This document shows, piece after piece, positions 1-8,122 of a stretch of 45,024 nt of DNA. The notes beneath the pieces were generated by a model that was given only the letters and a program-made list of their open reading frames with translations, did no database searches and had not been told where the DNA came from. A program made the position numbers and the translations under genes. The stretch is taken from the NCBI GenBank assembly GCA_937899935.1, contig CALCOW010000150.1, positions 1 through 45,024 of the forward strand, written 5' to 3'. The stretch is from an uncultured Phycisphaerae bacterium (GTDB lineage: Bacteria > Planctomycetota > Phycisphaerae > Phycisphaerales > SM1A02). Positions within the stretch are counted from its first letter, which is position 1. Every line of letters starts with the position of its first letter.

Positions 1-600
1 CGCCATTGAAACAGCGCGGTGAATCATCTCGAGAAGCTCGCCATCACTCACGTCGGGCTCTCTGATCTGGAGTGCTTGGCCGCCACCATCAATGACCCCT
101 TGTATGACTTGATCCCAGGGGCAATTGCAAAGCGATTTCGTCACCAGGGCGCACAAATTCCACTGTTGAGCTCGCCCTGTTCCCATGGCGGCCACCACAT
201 CGGCCGCAAAGCGATAGCCCTGATACCGCAGGTCTTTCATTGCTCTTGATAGATCAACATCGATCGTCTTGGAGACTTCCTCAAGAACCCGCAATGCCTC
301 ACCTAGGCGGCTGGCAGCCGCCTCACAGCAGGCCGCCAACGAGCTGCGCCTGATCTCACTGGGACTCTCAAGCTCGGTACCAACGTCTTCGACAACAGCG
401 CGATTAGAAATCAACCAACCCGGCGGCAGCGCTGCGAGTTGCGATGTAAGCGTGCTACGCAGAAATTTTCCGCGGCCTGCGAGTTCGCCATCACCGAGCA
501 CTAATCTTGCTGCATCTTCGAGTACCCGGACAGCTTCACGAACTCGATTGGCATTGGCGTCCAGGATGCGTGGTTCTAAAGCCACAATATTGGCCTCCAC
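1..600 (-). CDS. thiE: thiamine-phosphate synthase, long form with N-terminal extra domain; 3' end runs off the left edge
   Basis: Absent from the ORF track because it has no stop in the window. Hand translation of the minus strand from GTG at 600 gives VEANIVALEPRILDANANRVREAVRVLEDAARLVLGDGELAG...WDQVIQGVIDGGGQALQIREPDVSDGELLEMIHRAV, open to position 1 (200 codons). The ILDANxNRxxEAxRVLED block and the LQxRExxxSxxEL block match what I recall of long-form ThiE. It begins 10 nt after the stop of the upstream phosphatase gene. An alternative GTG start lies at 585. Confidence 0.6.
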   Translation of the reverse strand, partial: MEANIVALEPRILDANANRVREAVRVLEDAARLVLGDGELAGRGKFLRSTLTSQLAALPPGWLISNRAVVEDVGTELESPSEIRRSSLAACCEAAASRLGEALRVLEEVSKTIDVDLSRAMKDLRYQGYRFAADVVAAMGTGRAQQWNLCALVTKSLCNCPWDQVIQGVIDGGGQALQIREPDVSDGELLEMIHRAVSMA

Positions 601-609
601 TACTTCTGC

Positions 610-1086
610 TCAGGTGACTGATCCACCAGATGGCGAACAGAGCACCGTTAGTCGCTCAGGCATCAATTGCATCATCTGCCGCGCCAACAGGTCATAGGTC
701 TCTTGGCTCATACCAATTGGATCAGCAATGTCACCGTCCTTATCAAGAAGAACAATCTTGTGATTCAGATCTTCAGTCCCCCCGGCCAGGTGTATGGCGC
801 TGGCTCGGTGCTCGGCGGTCATACAGAGCACGAGGGTTGCATTGCGAATCATCTCGGGCGTGACCTGCTTAGAGGCACCTCGATGCTCGATATTCAATTT
901 TTCCAGAGACTGCAACGTCTCGGCGCTCACTGGTGAGCCCTCGGCAGCAAATAGGCCTGCTGAGGCAACAAAAGTAGCGTTTGGGTCGAGATCTGACGTC
1001 TCACCCTCGATCCAGTCTCGAGCAATCGCCTCAGCCATCGGGCTGCGACAAGTGTTCCCTGTGCATAAGAAGAGAATTGTCTGCAT
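610..1086 (-). CDS. low-molecular-weight protein-tyrosine phosphatase (ArsC-like fold)
   Basis: 158-aa ORF. N-terminal P-loop LFLCTGNTCRSPMAEAIA is the C-X5-R-S signature of LMW-PTPs. A DP general-acid motif follows (DIADPIG). Probably co-transcribed with thiE downstream. Confidence 0.88.
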   Translation of the reverse strand: MQTILFLCTGNTCRSPMAEAIARDWIEGETSDLDPNATFVASAGLFAAEGSPVSAETLQSLEKLNIEHRGASKQVTPEMIRNATLVLCMTAEHRASAIHLAGGTEDLNHKIVLLDKDGDIADPIGMSQETYDLLARQMMQLMPERLTVLCSPSGGSVT

Positions 1087-1376
1087 ATCTCTAAGCTCTC
1101 TGGCCGCATTTCCGGTCGTTTCGACTCAACATGATCATACTCCGATGATGGATCGGTTGAGAAGGCTGAATATGAGCTGGGATCAAACCTCTACATTTTG
1201 ATGCCAATATGACCCTGGCAGCCAACCATACTGGAATGTTATACTTCGCCTCTAAGCCATAGTCGATTGTGCAGTGGAGCGCAAGAGCAGGCGTCTGGCG
1301 GGCAACATTCTCTTCCGTGTGAGCACGGACCCGCACGTTATGACCGGCAGGGCAAAACCCCGCAGGAGACCTTGAG

Positions 1377-1949
1377 GTGGAATTCGTTAAGGATGCGGAG
1401 GTCAGGGACCTTCTCAAAGACTACGGAATAGTTGAGATATTGGAGACAGAGGACCTTTCACGGTTGAGTATGGAAGGCCTCGATGAAGTCTCTATTTTAC
1501 AGATTGAAGCTGAAGGCTCTGAGGCATCTACCGATACTGGCGCAGAGATGCTCACTGTTGATGCGGCACTGGTGGCGGATTGTATTGAGCGAGTCTTCCA
1601 TCGCTTGCACTTATACGAACTAATACTGATTCCCATGAGCAAGTGGCGTAACGTATTTGATGCGGTTGCGTTCAGCTTAGCTTCCAATGAAGACTGGCAG
1701 GAATTCGACCACTTTGCCACTGTCGAATTGAACGCTCGCGACCCACTATTTTGTGAGGCTGCTGATTTCCAATTACTTTCCTCGCTCATTCGGGCATTGC
1801 TTGCTGATGGCGAAGATAGCACCCACGGCATGGTGATCGTAGCAACGGGTGCACCAGTCATGGTTGAAGTACTTCCTCCAGGTGGTATTCGAGTAAGCAC
1901 TGGCAACCAGGGCTTGAATGACTCCATCCGTGAAGCCTACGCAAGCTAA
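1377..1949 (+). CDS. hypothetical acidic cytoplasmic protein, no recognised domain
   Basis: 190-aa ORF with GTG start preceded by AGGAG 8 nt upstream. Its composition is protein-like (acidic, no low complexity), unlike the Ser/Arg-rich antisense ORF 1421..1927. No TM segment or signal peptide. Confidence 0.6.
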   Translation: MEFVKDAEVRDLLKDYGIVEILETEDLSRLSMEGLDEVSILQIEAEGSEASTDTGAEMLTVDAALVADCIERVFHRLHLYELILIPMSKWRNVFDAVAFSLASNEDWQEFDHFATVELNARDPLFCEAADFQLLSSLIRALLADGEDSTHGMVIVATGAPVMVEVLPPGGIRVSTGNQGLNDSIREAYAS

Positions 1950-2039
1950 TCTTCGAGGCTGATATTCCCTCGTTAGGAATAAAGCTGCACATCGGCGGCA
2001 CCTTTTGACGTATTCTCCTGTAACAGGAGTGCTTTGAGC

Positions 2040-2651
2040 ATGCGGCTTTTGATTGACGAGCAAACCTTTGATATCACAGAACGATCGGTGCGCGAGGCTC
2101 TTGATCGAGCGGCGGCGATTGCCCAGGATCAAGGGCGCGTCATCATTGAGGTACATGTTGATGGAACCCGTTGGACCGACGAGCAACTCACCTCTGCTGA
2201 TATGGGCACGATGGAAGCCGAGACCATTGCTCTGACCAGTGCCGCCCCAAGAGAGTTAGTTGCTTCAACGCTCAGTGACGCGCTGAGTGCTTTGGATCGA
2301 ATTGAGCATCTTCAGTCGACCGCCGCTGCATCACTGGCCCGTGATGAACTTGGTACCGCCATGGAATCACTCGGTCAGGCGCTGAAGATGTGGACTGAAA
2401 TTGAGCGATCCGTCACCTTGGGTGCCTCTATTCTTGGTCTTGATCTCCAAGCAGAACTCACTGCAATTGGGTCAAATACTGAAGCTGTTGAAAAACTTGG
2501 ACAAGCGCTCAAGTCACTGAGAGATGCCATCGTCATACGAAACCCCGTCGCCCTAACCGATACCTTGGCATATGAAATGCCGAGCGTGGTGTCCGGTTGG
2601 CGAGACCTTCTTCAAGGTTTAGAAAAACGCACCAGTCAAGGAGAGAGGTGA
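2040..2651 (+). CDS. hypothetical protein; short N-terminal beta-rich segment then a helical Ala/Leu-rich region
   Basis: The ORF track gives 2034 (TTG). I prefer ATG at 2040 (MRLLIDEQTFDI...), which has GGAG 10 nt upstream inside the hairpin-like CTCCTG-TAA-CAGGAG. No motif I recognise. Confidence 0.6.
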   Translation: MRLLIDEQTFDITERSVREALDRAAAIAQDQGRVIIEVHVDGTRWTDEQLTSADMGTMEAETIALTSAAPRELVASTLSDALSALDRIEHLQSTAAASLARDELGTAMESLGQALKMWTEIERSVTLGASILGLDLQAELTAIGSNTEAVEKLGQALKSLRDAIVIRNPVALTDTLAYEMPSVVSGWRDLLQGLEKRTSQGER

Positions 2652-2653
2652 GC

Positions 2654-3310
2654 ATGCCCGCCGCAAGTGGCAAACATGGAAAACTCGTAGCAATGGTCGC
2701 TCATGCCGCCGAAGCCGCCGAAGAAGGGCGATTCTTCGAAGCTGAACGGGAAGCAAGCCAAGTTCTTCAACTGGCCCGCCAAACCAATGACTACGATCTG
2801 ATGGTGCAAGCGATTGAGCCACTCTGCGCTGCCCGCATGGGGCGCCTGGCGGCCGCCGTTGATATTGGTACCGTCACTATTAACGATCGTCCCATCACAG
2901 AAGACATAACGGTGCCCGCTGGCGCCTACCTTATTCAACCGCCACAAGTTGGAATGGACGCTCGCCGTTTACGTCTTGCTTGCCTCACACATGAGGTCCC
3001 CGTCTTAGTGATTTGCCGCGAACCAATTACGCAGCTCAAAATGTGCCCTGTTGTGCTCATTGCGCCCGGGGCCACTGTGCGAACCAAAATTGAACCCCCA
3101 GACGATATAGCTGCACCAGATCTACCTTGGATGCTCAGCGCCTTAGCCGCCCTCGGTGATTGGGCCATTTCAAGCCTGGATGAGACGATGCCTGTTGAAC
3201 GTCGTATTGGAGCGCTCTACGATCGTGTGGAGGCTGTACCGGAACATGAGGGAGTTCATAGGGCTCTTCAGGCAGCCTGTCGGGAAGCCTGCAGTAGCTC
3301 CGCCACCTGA
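2654..3310 (+). CDS. hypothetical protein, no recognised domain
   Basis: The track ORF 2597..3310 overlaps the previous gene. An internal ATG at 2654 (MPAASGKHGKLVAM...) lies 2 nt after the upstream stop (2649-2651), with AGGAGAGAGG just upstream. This suggests tight coupling with 2040..2651. Confidence 0.6.
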   Translation: MPAASGKHGKLVAMVAHAAEAAEEGRFFEAEREASQVLQLARQTNDYDLMVQAIEPLCAARMGRLAAAVDIGTVTINDRPITEDITVPAGAYLIQPPQVGMDARRLRLACLTHEVPVLVICREPITQLKMCPVVLIAPGATVRTKIEPPDDIAAPDLPWMLSALAALGDWAISSLDETMPVERRIGALYDRVEAVPEHEGVHRALQAACREACSSSAT

Positions 3311-3451
3311 GCCGATCAGTAGCTTTGAGTGGGTCTCGTTAGGTCGGGAACCAACCTTCGCTCGTAGGTGTTTTTGCGGAGGTTCGAACGCTTGTGGCGA
3401 TGCAAAAGCTGATGATTTGTCTCTCTCATTTATATAAAGGCGACTCTTTCT

Positions 3452-4315
3452 ATGGCGGTTGAAACATCAGTCTCAAAAATGCACTCAGGCAGGATGATCC
3501 TCCTGGCTATTTTGTGCCTCGTCTTTGGGCTCTGGGGTCTCTATGACTACGTCATCACCATACCCAACCAAGCGAGAAAGGCTGAATTGAAGCAAGTGGT
3601 TGGCCTAGTACAGCAAGCACTTACATCACAAGATCCGGATCTCCAGCGCGAATCGCTTGCCGCGATTGGTCTAGAAGTACAGAGGATGCAAGAGAGATTA
3701 AGTGAGATAGATGCAAGCCTCTCTGAAAACCCAGGTTCACCCGAGGAGGTTCGAGAGCAACTGAGCATAGAAGCTCAAGGTGACATCTTTGTTTTCCGGC
3801 TGCTTATTGCAAGTGCCGTTGTACTAGAGAATCGTGAAGTCGACCCAACCCTCACACGGAATGTCAATGAGCAGATTGATCAATTGGTCAAAGATTTAGA
3901 TGAGGTCAATGCGCCTGGTAAGTTTGACAGTGCTGTGCAATGGCTATTCATTCTCTGCTTGCCGTTCGCTTTCTACTTCTTGTGGCAGTGGTTCCTCATC
4001 AAGGGCAACAAATATGTTCTTGAGGATGATGGCTCACTTCAAACCCCAGAAGGTCGTTTTGAGGCTGCAGAGATTGTGGACATTGATATGAGCCGATGGA
4101 TGGCCAAATCAATCGCGACCGTGGTACTCGCTGATGGCCAACTGATTAAGCTCGATGCCTATATTCACACTCGATTAGACCAAATCGTTGGCATTCTGGC
4201 ACACAAGTTTCACCCTGATCAGTGGACTGAAGAAGCCAAGCCCGTGAAGCCACCTGAGAAAGCTGAAGACGCCAACGCCAAAGAGCAGGCCTCAGAAAAT
4301 TCTTCTAAAACCTGA
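3452..4315 (+). CDS. two-TM membrane protein with a helical extracytoplasmic loop and a Lys/Glu-rich C-terminal tail
   Basis: 287-aa ORF. Hydrophobic segments MILLAILCLVFGLWGLYDYVI and VQWLFILCLPFAFYFLWQWFLI flank a roughly 130-aa helical region. The C-terminal soluble domain ends in a low-complexity tail (PEKAEDANAKEQASENSSKT). Confidence 0.62.
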   Translation: MAVETSVSKMHSGRMILLAILCLVFGLWGLYDYVITIPNQARKAELKQVVGLVQQALTSQDPDLQRESLAAIGLEVQRMQERLSEIDASLSENPGSPEEVREQLSIEAQGDIFVFRLLIASAVVLENREVDPTLTRNVNEQIDQLVKDLDEVNAPGKFDSAVQWLFILCLPFAFYFLWQWFLIKGNKYVLEDDGSLQTPEGRFEAAEIVDIDMSRWMAKSIATVVLADGQLIKLDAYIHTRLDQIVGILAHKFHPDQWTEEAKPVKPPEKAEDANAKEQASENSSKT

Positions 4316-4362
4316 AAGATCGGCTGCCGATTTCCGAATAGTATTCTGGCCACGCTGGAGAA

Positions 4363-4794
4363 ATGCCTGCTTGTATGTCAAATACGCAATCCAACATGAA
4401 TGCACCGTCCATGCTGCTTCAGCAAACCCATGCTGGTCGCGTGCGAGCCCCTGAAATACCCACAGGTGACCGCGTATTGGCTTCAACTTGTCACCTCTCG
4501 AGCCTTATTGGGATCTTCATTTGGCCAGCTCTCTTTTTTCCGTTGTTTCTATGCATTTTTAGCCCCGGCAAGACCCTTTTTGTAACGGACCATGCCCGGG
4601 AGGCATTGAATGCTCAAATCAGCCTCATCTTGGTGAGTGTATTGCTGGCAGTGACCCTCATCGGCATTTTGCTCATCCCTGTGGTTCTCGTTATTTACGC
4701 CGTGAACCTCATTCGCGGCTCAGTCATGGCCGCCGAACGTGAGTTTTTCAGATACCCCATGGCCATCCGCATCTTGCCAGCACCCTCAATCTGA
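4363..4794 (+). CDS. small integral membrane protein, DUF4870-like
   Basis: 143-aa ORF. The pattern HLSSLIG..IWPALFFPLFLCIF....FVTDHAREALNAQISLIL followed by a long hydrophobic helix resembles the DUF4870 family as I recall it. The exact start is uncertain. Confidence 0.55.
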   Translation: MPACMSNTQSNMNAPSMLLQQTHAGRVRAPEIPTGDRVLASTCHLSSLIGIFIWPALFFPLFLCIFSPGKTLFVTDHAREALNAQISLILVSVLLAVTLIGILLIPVVLVIYAVNLIRGSVMAAEREFFRYPMAIRILPAPSI

Positions 4795-4815
4795 GCGTAT
4801 GGTGGCAGTGCAACT

Positions 4816-5598
4816 ATGCCACTTCTTGAAGTCAAAGACATCATCAAGTCCTATGGCGGCCGCCGCGTTGTCGACAAGGTTTCGCTCTATGTTGGCGAAG
4901 GTGAGATTGTTGGTCTACTGGGCCGTAACGGCGCTGGCAAGACCACCAGTTTTCGTATGGTCATTGGCATGATCACGCCAGAGGGTGGGCAAGTAACCTT
5001 TCGTGATCAAGACGTGACCAACCTACCCATGTACAAGCATGCATTGCTTGGTATGGGTTATCTCAGCCAGGAGCCAAGTGTTTTCCAACGGCTCACCATT
5101 TCTCAAAATTTGCTTGCCATTCTTCAGACACAAGGTTTACCGAAGGGTGTCTGCAAAGATCGCGCAGAAGCCCTGATGAAACAATTCGGCCTCACACACA
5201 AAGCCAACGACCTTGCTCGTACATGCTCAGGTGGCGAGAGGCGGCGTCTTGAAATTGCCAGAGCATTGGTCACCAAACCACGATTGATACTTCTTGACGA
5301 ACCCTTTGCAGCCGTCGATCCGCACACCGTCGAGGAATTACAAAACGAAGTTCGGAAGCTCGTCAACGCGGGTATCTCTGTGCTCGTCACAGATCACAAT
5401 GTGCAACAAACCTTGCGGATCTGTGACCGGGCCTACATCATTCACGAGGGTAAGAATCTCAAAGAGGGCGACCCACGAACGATCATTAATGATCCTTCAG
5501 TTCGAGAGGCCTATCTAGCCTCAACTTTCCGCGGCGATGAATTTGATGACCTTCACATCAAACCAGGTCAACCCGAACAATCCGCCCATTCGCCTTGA
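4816..5598 (+). CDS. lptB: LPS export ABC transporter ATP-binding protein
   Basis: 260-aa ORF. Walker A GRNGAGKTT, ABC signature CSGGERRRLEIARAL, Walker B LILLDEPFAAVDP. The LptB-typical N-terminus (L.V.dl.KsYggRrVV..VSL.V..GEIVGLLG) is present, and the length is right for LptB. Confidence 0.88.
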   Translation: MPLLEVKDIIKSYGGRRVVDKVSLYVGEGEIVGLLGRNGAGKTTSFRMVIGMITPEGGQVTFRDQDVTNLPMYKHALLGMGYLSQEPSVFQRLTISQNLLAILQTQGLPKGVCKDRAEALMKQFGLTHKANDLARTCSGGERRRLEIARALVTKPRLILLDEPFAAVDPHTVEELQNEVRKLVNAGISVLVTDHNVQQTLRICDRAYIIHEGKNLKEGDPRTIINDPSVREAYLASTFRGDEFDDLHIKPGQPEQSAHSP

Positions 5599-5634
5599 GG
5601 GAACGAATCGATCTCTTGCTTTTTATGACATCCG

Positions 5635-6261
5635 ATGAGCCTTCTTCATGACGCCGCAAGCCGGAGTAGAATGACACGAATGATGCGTACCACTTCTACT
5701 TTTTCTGGCACCCTCCCACAGGCCATCACTGGAACGGTGATTCTTACTGCACTTCTCGTAACGTCAGGATGCGTCCGACGTAAACTTAACATCACCTCCA
5801 CGCCTGAGGGCGCTTTGGTGTACCTCAATGATCGTGAAGTCGGCCGTACACCGCTTGATATTGATATCACCTATTACGGCACCTATGACGTCCGCCTGCT
5901 CAGAGATGGGTATGAGCCATTGATGACACATGGCGATGCTTCCGGTCCACTCTGGGATTTGCCGGGACCAGATCTGATTGCTGAGTTACTTCCCATAGAA
6001 CTCACAAGCACCATTGATTGGCATTACGAGATGGAGCCGGAAGACAATGACGCGAATGCCTTGGTTTCACGCGCTCGATCAATGCAGGCTTCTTTCCAAG
6101 ATGAGCTATCCCAAGAAGCACAGCAGCCGCCTGAAACAATCTCTGAAATCCCAAGTGAGGACCAAGGGCCCGAGGGTCTACAGATGATTGACTTGGCTGA
6201 ATCAGATGATGAGGCAATAGAACCCGCTCAAGATGATGCTGCACAGGAGGTAGCGCCGTGA
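5635..6261 (+). CDS. PEGA-domain lipoprotein with acidic C-terminal tail
   Basis: 208-aa ORF. Lipobox-like LLVTSGC after a hydrophobic stretch. A literal PEGA motif sits in ITSTPEGALVYLNDREVGRTPL...YDVRLLRDGYEPL. The C-terminus is Asp/Glu/Gln-rich. Confidence 0.75.
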   Translation: MSLLHDAASRSRMTRMMRTTSTFSGTLPQAITGTVILTALLVTSGCVRRKLNITSTPEGALVYLNDREVGRTPLDIDITYYGTYDVRLLRDGYEPLMTHGDASGPLWDLPGPDLIAELLPIELTSTIDWHYEMEPEDNDANALVSRARSMQASFQDELSQEAQQPPETISEIPSEDQGPEGLQMIDLAESDDEAIEPAQDDAAQEVAP

Positions 6262-6722
6262 ATCAAGGTCGCTTGCCTAGTGCGGGCCCGCCACCAAGAC
6301 AGTACGACACACGGCGGTGGGGTTATGCATGTCTTATTCTTGTTATTGCGATCGTCATCGGATGGTGGGGGTGGAATAACGAGAACAGCAACGCAACTCA
6401 TCTTCGTCAATTCGTTTATGGGTTGTGTAACGAAGTTGCAGCTGGCAACATGAATACACCTGCACTCATGGGTGCCGCTGATCCACTGCGACAAGAATTA
6501 CAAGTTGCCTTATCCGGTATGGTTCAGGGGTGGGGCGACATTAAAGACACTGTGGAGGTCGATATTTCCCTTTCAGACAACATGATGGGTTATTCCGGCT
6601 CACACGCCGCCACCATTTTCATCCAAGGTGAGCCGCGAATGATGCTGACTCTGGAATTGAGCGATGGAGCGGGTATTCCGAGAATCGTTGGCTATGAAGA
6701 CATTGATTCGGGAAGCGAATGA
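6258..6722 (+). CDS. hypothetical N-terminally membrane-anchored protein
   Basis: 154-aa ORF. GTG start overlaps the upstream stop (GTGA). One TM helix (YACLILVIAIVIGWWGW). Its stop overlaps the next ATG (ATGA), so it is translationally coupled on both sides. Confidence 0.58.
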   Translation: MNQGRLPSAGPPPRQYDTRRWGYACLILVIAIVIGWWGWNNENSNATHLRQFVYGLCNEVAAGNMNTPALMGAADPLRQELQVALSGMVQGWGDIKDTVEVDISLSDNMMGYSGSHAATIFIQGEPRMMLTLELSDGAGIPRIVGYEDIDSGSE

Positions 6723-7621
6723 AGATCTGGGTTAATGGAAGCATGGTGGAAGCCGCCGAAGCGCGGATTTCCGTTCTAGATGCTGGCACGCAGCATGGGG
6801 TTGGTCTCTTTGAGACGATGCAGTCATGTCGTGGCCAAATCGTTCAGATGCGAATGCACATGGAACGGCTTCGCAATTCTGCGCTCGAACTACAACTCAC
6901 AGAATCTCTGAATGTTGAGGCACTCTGCGAAGCGCTCATGCAGGTACTGGAAGCAAATGATCTTGAAGATTCTCGGCTCCGCCTCACTTTAACTGGTGGA
7001 GATCTACCTGGGCTTCAGGCATATGGAGAGCTTGATCGCCATCCAAATATATTCATCGTTGCGCAGCCACCAACACGCTATCCAGAGGAGTTCTTTACGA
7101 AGGGTATTCTGGCTCGAATCGCAGATGGCCGTCTCAATCCGTTGGATCCACACGCTGGACATAAGACATTGAATTATTGGTCACGAATTCGTGCGCTTCA
7201 AAAGGCTGGCGCAGATGGCGCTGGAGAGGCTCTTTGGTTCTCTGTCTCTAATCATTTGTGTGGAGGCTCTGTCAGCAACATTTTTTTGGTCAACAAGGGG
7301 TCCCTCTTCACTCCGCTGGCTCGCGGTGAAGAAGAAGGTGCAGCGCTGCCAAGCCCGGTCCTTCCAGGAACGGTGCGGCAATTTGTCATAGATCAGGCAA
7401 ATCACATGGGCATTGGAACCAGTCGAAAAATGCTTGATATTGATGACATGCTTGATGCCGATGAGGTCTTTTTAACCAACTCCAGCTGGGGCGTATTACC
7501 GGTGGTCGGTGTGGAGAAAGAACCAATCTCAGATGGGCGAGTGGGAGAGACCGCACAGCAACTGCGAACAAGATGGATCGAACTTCTCGGGGGCGGTTCA
7601 CCTGAAGGTGATCAAAACTAA
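6719..7621 (+). CDS. class IV (fold type IV) PLP enzyme: aminodeoxychorismate lyase or branched-chain/D-amino-acid aminotransferase family
   Basis: 300-aa ORF. Family-typical N-terminus (WVNG.....eA.isv.D.g...G.G.FET), candidate catalytic Lys in AGHKTLNYW, and C-terminal DEVFLTNS....PV. PabC versus IlvE/Dat cannot be decided by eye. Confidence 0.8.
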   Translation: MKIWVNGSMVEAAEARISVLDAGTQHGVGLFETMQSCRGQIVQMRMHMERLRNSALELQLTESLNVEALCEALMQVLEANDLEDSRLRLTLTGGDLPGLQAYGELDRHPNIFIVAQPPTRYPEEFFTKGILARIADGRLNPLDPHAGHKTLNYWSRIRALQKAGADGAGEALWFSVSNHLCGGSVSNIFLVNKGSLFTPLARGEEEGAALPSPVLPGTVRQFVIDQANHMGIGTSRKMLDIDDMLDADEVFLTNSSWGVLPVVGVEKEPISDGRVGETAQQLRTRWIELLGGGSPEGDQN

Positions 7622-7929
7622 CGGCCCCTGTCGTCACCCGTGGATCGATCAATGACGCGCACGTTCTCACGTCCATCAGACGTGTTAGAGAACAATCGCC
7701 TCACGCCATCGACGCACACCGTGACCAAGCTCAGAAGCATGAAAACCACCGTCGCGGCCAGAATAGCGACAAGAATGAGGATCAGAATCGGCAGCCCAAT
7801 AACGACCAGAAAGACTAATAGTGCCACCCGCAGCGCCAGATTGGGTTGCTGGGCTGCTGAGCGATAAACCTGAAAGACGCGAGCTGTTGATTCAGCTGCA
7901 GTCGGACGAACTCTACGTGTCTCAGCCAT
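7618..7929 (-). CDS. small membrane protein (hairpin of two TM helices)
   Basis: 103-aa ORF with a roughly 45-residue hydrophobic core (LALRVALLVFLVVIGLPILILILVAILAATVVFMLLSLVTVCV) between charged termini. Its stop overlaps the convergent aminotransferase stop by 4 nt. No homology recognised. Confidence 0.45.
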   Translation of the reverse strand: MAETRRVRPTAAESTARVFQVYRSAAQQPNLALRVALLVFLVVIGLPILILILVAILAATVVFMLLSLVTVCVDGVRRLFSNTSDGRENVRVIDRSTGDDRGR

Positions 7930-8122
7930 ACTCGCATTCTACGAGGATTGGTTGCTGGCCGTTCGTTGAAGGGGGCTATTCGCTTCTCTATCAGCCTTGA
8001 CAGTATCTGAATCGCTTGTCTGATCGCAAGAAAAAGTCCGGTCGCTGGCAGCGGCTGGATACCATGGTGTCTTGGGGCTGCTATCGCCACTGTTTCAACT
8101 TGATTCGCCATTGGGGCTGCTT

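Noticed and set aside
19-697. Plus-strand track ORFs 19..249 and 269..697 at the left edge
   Set aside because: They lie antisense to a much more convincing minus-strand frame (ThiE-like, open across 1-600). Their composition is Ser/Arg/Ala-rich and low in complexity, as expected of the wrong frame of a real gene.
1087-1376. Possible TPP riboswitch upstream of the phosphatase-thiE operon
   Set aside because: I read both strands of the 290-bp gap for the conserved TPP-riboswitch core (CUGAGA ... ACCUGAUCUGGAUAAUGCCAGCG-like) and did not find it. thiE is also the second gene of the operon. A covariance-model scan would be needed to be certain.
3375-3400. GGTTCGAA, a tRNA T-loop-like string, in the 3311-3451 intergenic region
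   Set aside because: The flanking bases do not form a T-stem, acceptor stem or anticodon arm, so no cloverleaf can be drawn. I treat it as chance.
8072-8122. Upstream extension of dnaE from the track start at 8072
   Set aside because: The extra 17 residues (GLLSPLFQLDSPLGLL) are not part of any DnaE N-terminus I know. The ATG at 8123 gives the usual short leader before the PHP motif FVHLHLHSEYS.
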